Assembly: GCF_009914755.1 (NCBI RefSeq)
Contig: NC_060932.1
Source of the DNA: the human T2T-CHM13v2.0 reference genome, Homo sapiens
Direction: 5' to 3' (one strand)
DNA: 64,000 nucleotides
Part shown: in pieces, positions 1 to 23,781 of the stretch
Position numbering within the stretch: the first letter of the stretch is position 1
How the letters are laid out: the number at the start of each line of letters is the position of its first letter
Made by a program: the position numbers and the translations under genes
Notes under the pieces: model-generated
The model's input: only the letters and a program-made list of their open reading frames with translations
Told to the model about the DNA's origin: nothing
Database searches by the model: none

Positions 1-126
1 CTGTTGGTATCCTTCTAGTGGCAAAATTAGTCTAACCAATGTGGTTAACTAACCCAATGTTGTTAACACTGGAGAATGTCTAACATAATTGTTTTCTTTT
101 ATTAAAAAGTTATTAAAGTTTACATT

Positions 127-422
127 GAATTAAGTTCTGACAAGAAACAGCTGACAACCAAATAAAGACCAGCAATGAGATGCTTAAACCTAAAACATTA
201 TTCCATAAGTGAATTAAATGGAGAGACAAATTCTTTACCCTTTTGAAAAGAAAACCAGTATGGCTCTTTGAAAAGAATTAAGTTCTGACAAGAAACAGCT
301 GACAACCAAATAAAGACTAGCGAAGAGATACTTAAACCTAAAATGTTATTCCATAAGCAAATTAAATGAAGAGACAAATTCCTTACCCTTTTGAAAAGAA
401 AACCAGTATGGCTCTTTGAAAA
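127..422. repeat. Tandem duplication, 2 x 148 bp
   Basis: 127-274 and 275-422 align without gaps, with about 10 mismatches. Confidence 0.95.
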
Positions 423-563
423 GACATTGGCAGACTAATGGAAAACTTTAGCGATAAGAAATTATAATTGAAGCAAACTATACTGTGAATCATTTTTAAG
501 GGAACTATGTCTAAGAAGTTTTTTGGTACATTAGGCCTATGAATCTTAAGAATTAGTTACCCA

Positions 564-843
564 GGCCGGTGCCATGGCTCACACTTGTAATCCCAGCACT
601 TTGGGAAGCCAAGGTGCAAGGATTTCTTGAGCCCACGCGTTCAAGACCAGCCTAGGCAGCATAGTGAGACCCCATCTCTACAAAAAAAAATTAGCTGGGC
701 GTGGTTCGCATGCCTGTAGTCCCAGCTACTCAGGAGTCTGAAGTGGAAGATCACTTGAGCCTGAGAAGTCTAGGCTACAGTGTGCCATGATCTTGCCACT
801 GCACTCCAGCCTGGGCAATAGAGCGAGACCCTGTCATAAAAAA
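564..843 (+). mobile_element. Alu (AluJ-like)
   Basis: Dimeric Alu with J-type 'cttgagccc' motifs. Confidence 0.9.
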
Positions 844-1264
844 TACTTTTACTAAGCATTTTACTCGATTTTTATTTTTCACCTCCACCTCCTACCACAT
901 GTATTAAGAAAATGGGTGACATGTTGGTATATTGCCCACTCAATTGCCTAAACTTTCTTCTGCTTAATAGTTTCTTTTCTGGCAAGAAGTCTTAGAGACA
1001 TGGCTTATGGACGGCAATTTTCAAAATCTGGGTTTCTTATCTGTGAGATTTAAGCAAAGCCACTGATAGCTTGGTATGTGAACCTCCTAAAGTATTATTA
1101 ATGAATGGTTGGTATAAGATGAGTAGTTGGTTCCAGACATCTACTAGACTGAATTGAAGTATATCTTACATATGAAGTATATCTTAATGAGAGGTTCATC
1201 AGAATTGTGAGAAATAAATTTTTAACTATACATGCCTTATAGATTAGAAACTGGTTTTAATATC

Positions 1265-1480
1265 ATCAGTGATAATAAAAACAGTAGCTACCATTTATTG
1301 AGCGCTTACTGCATTGCCATGAATTGCTTTACATGTATCTCATATAATCCTCTCAGCAATCCTATGAAGTTGATAATAGAGCCCATTAAGAAACTTGACC
1401 AAAATCATCTTGTTATTAAGTGGTAGAACAATATTCAAATGTATATTTGTTTGACATGAAGACCCATGCTCTTCGCCTCT
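1265..1480. mobile_element. MIR SINE relic
   Basis: 'agtagctaccatttattgagcgcttact...aatcctctcagcaatcctatgaag' is the MIR core. Confidence 0.7.
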
Positions 1481-2496
1481 GTGCTACTATGTAATACTGA
1501 CTCCAGATACTTGCTCATGGTGGTGAATTTAGAAATACAGGAAGGAACTTCCTTTTTTATAACACATTTCACACTTGTAATCACCTGTTCCATGTTTTTC
1601 CTCCACTAGGCTATAAATTCTTATGTTGTCTCTCCCTGTCCTCCACTAGCTTAGCTCTTCTTTGTTTCCACAGCCCCCATGGCAGAATCTGTCACTCTGT
1701 ATTTAATAGTTTGTTAAGCTTACCTATCTTCACCCCTGAATAGACAGACTACAAGCTGCACGTGCAGAAGGATTCTATTTTACTTGTTTTTCTATCTCTA
1801 GTACCTACCTAGCTCAAGTTCTAGCACATAGTAAGTGCTTAATAAGGATTGGATAGATGTAATTTCACTATTAAAATATATTTATTATTCCAACCTGGGC
1901 AATATAGTGAATCCCCTTCTCTACAAAAAGTTTAAAAATTAGCCAGGCATGGTGGCACATGGCTGTGGTCCCAGCTGCTCAGGAGGCTGAGGCAGGAGGA
2001 TCACTTGAGCCCCAGGAGGTTAAGGCTGCAGTGAACTATGATTATACCACTGCAGTCCAGCCTGGGTGACAGAATAAGACCCTGTCTCTTAAACTAAGAA
2101 AATATATATATATTATATACATATAATGTTTTATTTTTTTCTGTCTCTTCCTCATAAATTTGAGATCATACTGTGTAGACAATTTTGTCTATGATTTTTT
2201 TTCTGTGAGCGTTTTCCCAGATTATTATATATTCTTCCAAAACCTAGATTTTAAAACTTTCATAAGAATGTATTATATATTCCTGTTAAACAAAAACAAT
2301 AATAGAGTTCACCTGGAAAAATAAGACTAGCAGAAAGTAAATAGGAGTACTAAATAAGAGTAATGCAAACAAATTTGTCCTTCTAGATATAAAAATGTAT
2401 TGCAGAGTTATGTATAGCACTGTCCCAGGAATAGATCAGTGGAATAGAATAGAAATTGCAGAAACAGACTGAAGTGCATATAAAAGAATTGAGTAA

Positions 2497-3318
<822 letters not shown>

Positions 3319-4105
3319 CTACTTATTTAATCTGGTTAAAGGCAAAGACTGGTTTCTCCTTTTAGAATAAGTCATTGATAGCTTCCTCAAGGAGTTAAAA
3401 ATTCAGTGCATCCTATAGTGAAATAAAGGGATCTGGAAGTGTAGAATAAAATTTATTTTTGATAATAAATGATGATTGAAGCCCTGAAAGTTATTCAAAT
3501 GTTTTTGAAATGATTGGATAAAAAGCACATTGAATGATCTGAAAAATATAAGAAAGTACAGGTTAAGTATTTAAAAAGGGGGAGAAAAATAAGAGGTTGA
3601 ATATTGTCATGACTTGGTGAATTTGAAGAAACTAATTTTGAAAAGCTCATAAGGATAGGAGAGGTGTAGTATAAAATGACAGGTAGGGATTGTAACTTTG
3701 GTACTACTGTTAAGAATTAATTCCAAACCCTAGACAATAAATCAATTACAAAAATGTTATAATAATCAGGGGAGAAAACAACCAGGTCCTAGACCAAGTT
3801 AAAAATGGATAGAGAAAAGAAATTCAGGAGATTGATAACAAAGGAAGCACAGAGAGTGGAATCAAATGGCTAATAAATTTTCTGGAATTTCTTAGAAATT
3901 CCATTTAACCATATGATATGCTTAGCAGAAATTGAATAAAGATTGTTACCTTCATGTTATTTTTTTTTCTGGCTCTTAAAATGTGCTTGGGAGACAGAAC
4001 AATAACTTAAAATTACAGCTTAGTTGAACATAAGGAATTTTTAGTTTTTGCCTTTTAATTTATGGCAAAAATGATAGACGCCTAATTCACACTGTTAAAT
4101 TTTAG

Positions 4106-4230
4106 ATGGTCTGTCTTCTGCTGATCCCAACTCTGATTGGAATGCACCAGCAGAAGAGTGGGGCAATTGGGTAGACGAAGAAAGAGCTTCACTTCTAAAG
4201 TCCCAGGAACCAATTCCTGATGATCAAAAG
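4106..4230 (+). CDS. MTDH: Metadherin (AEG-1/LYRIC) internal coding exon (exon 8, 125 bp)
   Basis: tttag| acceptor and |gtgagt donor. Translates (N)GLSSADPNSDWNAPAEEWGNWVDEERASLLKSQEPIPDDQK, the MTDH SND1-binding tryptophan region. Confidence 0.97.
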
Positions 4231-4613
4231 GTGAGTATAAGAGATTCCTGGGTGTTTATTTGTTAATGAAAGAGACAGGCTGGGCACAGTGGCTCACGCC
4301 TATGATTCCAGCACTTTGGGAGGTACTGTGGGAGGATTGCTTGAGCCCAGGAGTTCAAGGCCAGCCTGGGCAACATAGCGAGACCCCATCTCTATTTATA
4401 AAAATAAAATAAAGCAACTGAAGGAGAATTCTGGGTCACAGAGGCTGACACCAATTGAGAGCCTCAGGGAGACAATAATAGCATCAGAAACAGCAAACCC
4501 AAGTTTTGATAGGACTGGAGGAGAGATAGTGGATAATAGCAACACGTGGTATCAGGAATGGTTTTGCTAGGGTTGGGGTGTTGTATTTTAATGATAGGGA
4601 GATTTTGGTATAG

Positions 4614-4772
<159 letters not shown>

Positions 4773-5442
4773 TAGCCCGACACTATGCCCGGCTAATTTT
4801 TGTGTATTTAGTAGAGATGGGATTTCACCATGTTGGCAAAGCTGGTCTCCAACTCCAGACCTCAGGTGATCCGCTCACCTCAGCCCCCCAAAGTGCTGGG
4901 ATTACAGGCGTAAGCCACCATGCCTGGCCTTTTTTTTTTTTTTTTTTTTTTTTGAGATGGTGTCCTCAAACTCCTGGCCTCAAGTGACCCTCCTGCCTCA
5001 GCCTCTCAAAGTGCTGGGATTACATGTGTAAGCCACTGTGTCTGGCCTGCACAGTCTTTATTAAAAAGCCATACATTCTGATACAGCTAGTCAATTATAT
5101 AGCAAGTAGCCATAGATGATATGGAAATGAATTTTATTTGTAGGAACTAATGCTGGGCTGTATTTGTAATTTGCCAACCCCTGTTTTAGCATGTCTGTCA
5201 ATACAAAGGGAAAGGATCCGGAATAAACTAAAAAGTTAAACATAGGCTGGGCACAGTGGCATACACCTGGTAGTCCCAGCTATTCAGGGGGCTGAGGCAG
5301 GAGGATTGTTTGAACATAGCAAGACCCCATCTCTTAAAAAAGAAAAAAAAAAAGAAAAAGTTAAATGAGAGGGAAGATTTGACTGATAAAGTAAGGTGCC
5401 AGAAGAGGATCAAGAAGCCTTTAACAAGTGGATGGATTGGTC

Positions 5443-6458
<1,016 letters not shown>

Positions 6459-7853
6459 TCAGGAGTTCAAGACCAGCCGGGCCAAGATGGTGAAACCCCG
6501 TCTCTGCTGAAAATACAAACATTAGCTGGGCATGGTGGCGGGCACCTGTAATCCCATCTACTCATGAGGCTGACTGAGGCAAAGAATTGCTTGAACCCGG
6601 GAGGCAGAGGTTACAGTGAGCCAAGGTTGTGCCACTGCACTCCAGCCTGGACAACATAGCGAGACTCCATCTCAAAAAAAAAAAAAAAACCACCAGATAT
6701 AATACTAATGGTAGAAGGAGGGGTAAATAAATGTAGAGGAGGACAGTTAACAGGCAATGTGAAAGTCAACAGTGGGGAAAGGGGTTTTAGATTGGACCTA
6801 CAAAAAGGCTTCTTAGAAGTACAATATCGTAATATATAATACCTTAATACATAGTGATCATTCACATGTTTGTTGGACATTTAACACAATAGAACCCATG
6901 AATGGAATAAAGACTTTATCCTACATCATAGGAATTCTTTTTCTGAATATATTCAGAGATTACCTTTTACATTTCTAAGCAAAAGTGAGCTGTCATCAAA
7001 ATGTTCATCAGTTGGGGAATGGAAAGATGTGATATGTTTATACAATGGCATATTAGAAGTTAAAAATGAACTAAAGCTACATTGTTAGCATTATGAATGG
7101 AAACTCAACATGCTGAATGATGAGCAAGTTATAAAAAGATAGAATATGTCATTTATGTAACTTTTTATATGTGGATACAAATAAATTTATAGAAAAATTG
7201 ATTGGATAGACACAGAAGTTGTTCACAATTTTGGTTACCATTAGGAAGGTACTGTGAAAATGGGATTGGGAAGCGGTATAAAGGAATTTGAAATTTATCA
7301 GTAATGTCCTTTTTATTTAAAGATTTAAAATACATTTATCAAAATCTCAACTCTTTCATGGGAGTTAAAAGTTGTAGAGTTGATTTCAGCATCTTCCCAT
7401 TAACAAAAATAGTATTTTGCCGTGGGAAACTACATTTCTTGTATGATTGGATTATAATGAAGTGATAAGCTGACTGAAGAAAGTCCTTGTGACCTGAGTA
7501 TCATTCATGGCACGTATCTATTCATATGGCATTTTAATCATTACAAGACCTTGAAACAGCTTGTGGTGAAAACTTCTAGGGATGTTTCTCCACAACTTGT
7601 AGCCAACCAGCCTAGACTGAAAATCTCTTAGCTAAGTTTGTGCCAGATTTTGTTTTGTTTTTCCATCTGCTTGTAATTTCTGTAAACTGTCTGGTAGTTC
7701 GTGAGACCACCAAAATCATTATAATGACTATAGTGCTGAGCAGAGAAATAGCGGTTACTAGAATCATCTCTTCCTGTAAAGATAGTCTAGGAATCTAGGT
7801 TGTCATTTGTGAGAATAAACAAAAAGCATTTTTCCATAGAAAGTTAAACTACA

Positions 7854-8544
<691 letters not shown>

Positions 8545-9079
8545 ATACTAACATAACAGTGCTAACTTGATAGGTATATTTTTGTCCTGCAGAATGCTAT
8601 TTTCAATGACATGACCTCTCAAATTCAGTTTTTTAAATTAAACCTTTTATTTTGAGATAATTGTAGATTCAAATGCAGTTATAAGAAATAATATAGGCCA
8701 GGCACGGTGGCTCACGCCTGTAATCCCAGCACTTTGGGAGACTAAGGTAGGAGGATCACTTGAGCCCATGGTGTTTGAGACTAGTCTGTACAACATAGCA
8801 AGACCCTATCTCTAATTAAAAAAAAAAAAAAAAGAAAAATCAGCCTGTAGTCCCAGCTCCTCAGGTGGCTAAGGCAAGAGGATCAGGAGGTCAAGGCTGT
8901 GCAGTGAGCCTTGATTGCACCACTGTACTCCAGCCTGAGCAACAGAGCGAGACCCTGTCTTGAAAAAAACAAAACAAACAAAACAAGGCAGGAATGAAAC
9001 AGAGTGATCCCCTGTACCCCTTTTACCCAGTTTTCCCCAGTGGTAACATGTTAAAAAACCATAATACTGTACAGTAGCA

Positions 9080-9404
9080 CAGTAGCCATCCCCACCGCTC
9101 CCCACCTCCACTTATACACGGGATACATTCCAAGACTCCCAGTGGATGACTGAAACCACAGATAGTGTCAAACCCTAGGTATACTATGCTTTTTCCTATA
9201 CATAACCTCTGATAAAGTTTAATTTGTAAATTAGTAAAGGATTAACAACAGTAATCATAAAAGTTATAAAATTTACTGTAATAAAAGTTATGTGAATGTG
9301 GTCTCTCTCACTTTCTGTGTCTTTCAAAGTACTTTAATATCAGACTGAGGTTGACCGCAGGTAACTGAAACTGCAGAAAGCAAAACTGCAAATAAGGGGG
9401 AACT
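9080..9404 (+). mobile_element. MER44A-like (TcMar-Tigger) DNA transposon relic inside an antisense L1M fragment
   Basis: 'ggatacattccaagactcccagtggatgactgaaacc...ataagggggaacta' matches the remembered MER44 consensus and TIRs. Confidence 0.75.
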
Positions 9405-9481
9405 ACCTTTTCACAGCTGGCGTGTTTGCATTGATGCAATCAAGATACAGAACATTTATCGTTTCAAGAATGTTTTATTAA

Positions 9482-9718
<237 letters not shown>

Positions 9719-9849
9719 TAGTGGTCAGGCTGCTCTTGAACTCCTGACCTTAGGGGATCCACCCGCCTTGGCCTCCAAAGTGCTGGGATTGCAGGCTTCA
9801 GCCACTGCTCCTGGCCTTGGTATGTTTTGTTTTTTGTTTTTTTTCACTC

Positions 9850-10480
9850 CACATAATTCTCTGGAGATTCATCCAGGTTGTTGTATGTGTCAGTAGTTGT
9901 ACCTTTTTACTGCTGAGTGATATTCCATGGTCTGGATGTACCTCAGTTTCTTTAACCATTTACCTATTGAAGGACATTTGTGTCCTTTCCAGTTTGGGAC
10001 TATTATGAATAAAGCTGCTAAATGTGTAGGTTTTCAGAAGTCTCTGTCTAAACATAAGCTTTCATTTCTCTAGGATAAATGCCCATATGTACAATCGCTG
10101 GGTGTTATGATAGTTGCATATTTTAGTATTCTAAGAAACTGGTTTTTCTGTATCCTCACCTAAATTTGCAGTTGTCACTGTTTTTTATTTTAGCAGTTCT
10201 GATAGGTGTACAGTGATAACTCATTGTGGTTTTAATATGCATTTCCCTAATAGCAAATGGAGTTGAGCTTTTTCCCATGGTTTCTTTGGCATCTGTGCAT
10301 GTTCTTGGGTGAAATGTCTGTTCATGTCTTTTGCATATTTTCTAAGGGGATTTTTTTTTAAACTTGAGTGTTCCTTGTATTATATTGTACAGATACTAGT
10401 TCCATGGATGGAACCATATGGCTTGCAAATATATTCCCCCATTGTGTAGCTTGTTATTTCATTCCTTAACAGGGTCAAAT
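9850..10480 (-). mobile_element. Old L1M 3' fragment
   Basis: 'ccagtttgggactattatgaataaagctgcta', 'ctcattgtggttttaatatgcatttccctaat' are typical antisense L1 motifs. Confidence 0.75.
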
Positions 10481-10544
10481 AAATTTTAACGCAAATTGCA
10501 CTACATTTGAACTTCAAAATAAAGTAGAATTACCTATTCAGTGA

Positions 10545-10864
<320 letters not shown>

Positions 10865-11141
10865 TCAGTGAGTTTTTAAAACACTAAAGTTTACACAGCT
10901 CTCTACTTAGGTTGTAGTGAGTGATGGATGACGTAGACACACTGAGAGAATGAGGTTCCATGTATTTTGTTATTTTTTAAATATGTAGTTCTTGATCCAT
11001 TGTATTACTTATTACTAGTTTTTATTTAGATTTTGGGAAATGAAGACTGTACCTAATGAATGAAATTATTTCATAATAATTTTCTAAATAATGGACACAT
11101 AACCATTTGGTTCTCTTTAATATTTTTGCTTTTAACCTAAG

Positions 11142-11249
11142 GTCTCAGATGATGATAAAGAAAAGGGAGAGGGAGCTCTTCCAACTGGGAAATCCAAAAA
11201 GAAAAAAAAGAAAAAGAAGAAGCAAGGTGAAGATAACTCTACTGCACAG
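11142..11249 (+). CDS. MTDH: Metadherin coding exon 9 (108 bp, phase 0/0), poly-Lys NLS region
   Basis: cctaag| acceptor and |gtaaaa donor. Translates [36 protein letters not shown] in frame with the previous exon. Confidence 0.97.
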
Positions 11250-11810
11250 GTAAAATGTCAGAACAACAAGCATTCATTAAGCGCCTCCGGCTTAAAATGT
11301 GAAAAGATTATGTACAGATGTTAAAAATACATAGAGATAAAAGACAGTATGAGACATCATTTATTTGAAAAATCATAGACTGTTTTACATATTCAATACA
11401 TTATATTGTAATAAAAATGTTATTGCTCAAAAAATTCGTGTTAAAGGTGTTGCTAAACTCAAAAATAAGTAAAATTCCAAATTATTCATGCATTTTTTTA
11501 TTATATAATGGTGAAATGGGAAAAGAGATACAGTATTTTACACATACAAAAATTCCTTTTGAGTAACTGGAAGGTAACATTTAGCACACATAGAAAAACC
11601 ATGTGTATAACAAGTGGAGTCTTTCACTTGACTTTGAGTTTGCTGGTTATTTCACTTAGAAGTATCCTTTCCTGCTTTTTTGGCATCTACCCAACAGACA
11701 TTTTCTCTTTCCATCACTCATACATTTCCTTTTCTTTCTTTTTCTTTGCTCTCCTGTCTGGGGGAAAAAAAGTAAATTATAATAAAAATGAAGTCAGAGT
11801 TGAAATTTTA

Positions 11811-14460
<2,650 letters not shown>

Positions 14461-14913
14461 AAAGTCCTTTTTGGTGTTCGTGTGTGGCTGATGGGGTCTT
14501 TCACTGTTGAGTTCAACTTGGGATGGAAATAAATTGATGTCTTCTGACTTTGTAAGATTGCAAAACTTTGAAAAACTTTGTAAGATTACAGACTTCACCC
14601 ACATACTTCCAAAGCTACCTGCTCAGCCTAAATATATAGAAAATTTTGACTATCTAAACCCACTACTATACTGAATAACTATCATAAAATAGAACATCAG
14701 TGTCAGAAGAACATTAAGATCATCTTAGCCATTTGTTAAAAAGAACGGCCATTTTATATGGATGCATTTGCCAAAGAAAAATACAGTAATCCTTCTATTT
14801 AATATATTCTAGTTCATGTTTACTTTACATATAATTTACTAAGCATATAATGTGCTCTAGAATTATTTTGCTGAAACTTCATAAAAGTTTGAAAGTCTAA
14901 GAATGGAAATCTT

Positions 14914-15117
14914 GCTGCCCTGATGTCCTGTGGTGTTTGGCATGTGCCCTCCTGTCTCCTGACTAATCAGAGTGGCATGAGGCCCACGCCACCCAAACCT
15001 TTCACTTTCCAAAGAGCTAGCCATCCTCCACCCTGTACCATGGTGTCCTAGCCTGTCTGCGTTTGTTAGTGGTGATATTCTTTATGTATAATAAATTTTT
15101 ATCCCCCCCCCCCCAAA
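14914..15117 (+). pseudogene. Short processed retrocopy of an mRNA 3' end (parent gene unidentified)
   Basis: TSD AATGGAAATCTT at 14902-14913 and 15118-15129. AATAAA at 15090-15095 followed by a C12/A-rich tail. Non-repeat-like and more GC-rich than its flanks. Confidence 0.7.
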
Positions 15118-15160
15118 AATGGAAATCTTAAAGCTTATGTGAGTTTTTAGAAATTATTAG

Positions 15161-20101
<4,941 letters not shown>

Positions 20102-20358
20102 TTATTCATTTCTATTTGAAATTCAGTAGACATTTTATAATTTCATACCTTCATTTTTATCTCAACATATATTCATAAATGTTGTAGGTGATGATTGATT
20201 TGGCTGTATCACTAGAGGGCAGGTATGAGTTACATTGTTTATCTGGAAACCATATTAGTATTGAATTGCTGCTAAACCACCTCTTGGTATTACTGTGATA
20301 TTTAAACTTTATTTGAAAATTTCACCAAAAAACCTGAGATGATTTTTTCCTAAAATAG

Positions 20359-20515
20359 CCTATCAAGACTCTTCCACCTGCTACTTCTACCGAGCCATCT
20401 GTAATCTTATCAAAAAGTGATTCTGACAAGAGCTCTTCCCAAGTGCCGCCAATACTACAAGAGACAGATAAATCCAAGTCAAATACCAAGCAAAATAGTG
20501 TGCCTCCTTCACAGA
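20359..20515 (+). CDS. MTDH: Metadherin coding exon 11 (157 bp)
   Basis: aaatag| acceptor and |gtaagt donor. Translates PIKTLPPATSTEPSVILSKSDSDKSSSQVPPILQETDKSKSNTKQNSVPPSQ plus the first base of a Thr codon. Confidence 0.97.
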
Positions 20516-20596
20516 GTAAGTAATCCTCATTTTTTGTTCCTTTGTACTGTTTACATTTTTCATGTGTTAAGGTTCTGATCTTAAAAGTCTAATGGA

Positions 20597-21608
<1,012 letters not shown>

Positions 21609-22079
21609 CTATCTCTGAAGGAGAGAATACATTGCTGAGAACAGAGAGGGAGAACTTTCATGCCTGCCTGCTTGTCTATGTGGTCCCTCTCCCTTTTTCT
21701 CTGCACATGTTCTTGAGGCTACAAATTATTCTATGCTTTTTTTCCTCCTTTACTCTCTTCAGCTACCTTTAGTATCCATTTTACCCATTTTTCTCTTTTA
21801 TTAGTTAGGTTGAGCCATATTAAATAACAGTTTTTTTGGGTCAAAACTGGTTGAATATCAGCAGTTCCATATAGTTCAACCTAATAATACCATTGAAAGG
21901 AAAGGAGGGAAGAAGACATAGAATAACTTAAAATATATAACGAGGGCTTGAAAACTTAAACATAAAATTTGAGTATTTTAAAACATTGTTTCATAGTTAC
22001 TACTTTTATATTATTGAGACGTAACAGTATTTACCATCCTCCTAATTTTTTTCTTCGTTTTCCCCCTTTTCTTTTTTAG

Positions 22080-22150
22080 CCAAGTCTGAAACTAGCTGGG
22101 AATCTCCCAAACAAATAAAAAAGAAGAAAAAAGCCAGACGAGAAACGTGA
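22080..22150 (+). CDS. MTDH: Metadherin last exon (12), coding part with stop codon
   Basis: Long polypyrimidine tract ending tttag|. Translates (T)KSETSWESPKQIKKKKKARRET, then TGA at 22148-22150. Confidence 0.97.
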
Positions 22151-22436
22151 AATTTTTTTTCCTGAATTGGACATGTGTTTGCAAACACTTGTCTTGAAGA
22201 TTATGCTGTTTATGCAATAATTTGTGAACATGTACAGAGTTTTATATAAATTTAAACCAATTTTTAAAACAAAACTGCGGACACCACCATAAAAATGGAA
22301 TCAAAAGAAAGTTAATTTATGAAATTAAGAGGTCAGCAGAATATACTCAGTGATGGAATACACTTGGGAAAGTCTTTTTAATAGAACAAGAACGATCTTA
22401 ATTTAAGAATATTATCCTGGTTTAACAACAGTGCCC

Positions 22437-22444
22437 TGTTTACA
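22437..22444 (+). promoter_or_regulatory. miR-30 family 8mer site (second copy at 23719-23726)
   Basis: TGTTTACA in the 3' UTR. Confidence 0.65.
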
Positions 22445-22477
22445 ACAGATTGTGCCCTATCTCATCTGCAGCCGAGG

Positions 22478-22672
22478 AATAAAGGATTCTGATTAGAAAG
22501 AGGGTTGCCTACAGATTAGTAAGCAATTCCTTGGATCTTATGCACAGAACTTGTACCATTTGAATCTGTTTTATGCTTAAATCAAAGTGCTTTGATCAAA
22601 TGCATAACCTGCCATATCTTTACATATTTGTTGGTAGCAATTTGTATTAAAGAAATCACAAGTGCAAATAAA
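22478..22672 (+). terminator. Proximal candidate poly(A) signals (22478-22483, 22667-22672)
   Basis: Two AATAAA hexamers. Others lie at 23312-23317 and 25723-25728. Usage cannot be shown from sequence. Confidence 0.4.
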
Positions 22673-22801
22673 AAGTCATTTATCATTTGTTTAACTAAAC
22701 TGTCATGGTTTAGTTTACAATTTTTAAAAAGTTCTTAAAATACTGAAAATGCAGTTGACACTTGTGTATGGCTTATGAAGTTATTTTTGATAGTCTTACA
22801 T

Positions 22802-22809
22802 TACTTGAA
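22802..22809 (+). promoter_or_regulatory. miR-26 family 8mer site
   Basis: TACTTGAA in the 3' UTR. Confidence 0.6.
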
Positions 22810-23601
22810 TTGTTCAAAGTACAGTATATTTTAAATTAAGAAAAGTGAACTATATGTATTTGTTTTATACATTTAAGGCTTAGACTCATAAATAATGCTA
22901 TTGTTTATGATTTGAAAACTTTCAGGCAAAATCCAATTTACATTTTTCCCTTCCCTAGCAATTACTTTTTTCCAGCTTCAACTCTTCTTAGTTACTAATA
23001 CTTTGTTGACTTTAAAAATGAAATCATTCACAAACTTTTGGTATATGATGGAGAATGAAAAACTAGAGTCAGACAGCTTTAATTGACATTGTCAACACCT
23101 CCAGTTATCAGGAATACATTTTTTTACTGCCTTAACCTGTAGTGCGTAGAATATGCATCAATTTCTTGAAGGAGATTCATGTTTTTATAAGAATTTTCAT
23201 GTAATTATTGCAATTGTGGTCAAATAAGGAACGTTTCCTGCTTGAAATTATATTGATTTAAATGATGTGTGAGATGTTTCACCATTTTCAGGCACTGTGT
23301 AATTCTATTGTAATAAACTGGCAGGTATCTTTGTAACTATAAATAGTGCATGCTCAGCCATGTACACTGTAAATAGCCTTTACCAAACGTGTTTGACAAG
23401 GACCATAATTAACATCACTTAGTGAATTGTGATAAAGAAAAAAAAGCCATGATTTATTCGATGTGATTGGCTTGTTTTTATGTGGCGCCAAGAACGAACC
23501 TGTTTAACAGCTGTAACCAATGGTACTGATCTATCCATCCAATGTTGTCATTATATTTGACTGTGGTTCAACAGTATTGCGTTGTCAGACTAGGAAAGCT
23601 A

Positions 23602-23611
23602 AACGAACAAA
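23602..23611 (+). promoter_or_regulatory. miR-375 target site
   Basis: AACGAACAAA is the reverse complement of miR-375 nt 1-10 (UUUGUUCGUU). MTDH is a reported miR-375 target. Confidence 0.75.
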
Positions 23612-23775
23612 ATGGTTTTAGTTTTGCTGAAGACTGGCCTTATTAATGGACAGCTTTCCTAACAAGAGATTATTAACTTTTATCAGGTGTTAACATCTGT
23701 TTCAGGAACATGGCAGTATGTTTACATGTCAGAAGTTTTGTTTAATTCTATGGTATTTCTAAATTGACTTGTTTA

Positions 23776-23781
23776 AATAAA
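23776..23781 (+). terminator. Poly(A) signal, probable end of the common ~3.6 kb MTDH mRNA
   Basis: AATAAA followed ~20 nt later by a U/GU-rich tract (ttgttttttatttg). Confidence 0.7.

Noticed and set aside
1156-1187. 13-bp direct repeat GAAGTATATCTTA
   Set aside because: Trivial slippage-type micro-duplication with no supporting context.
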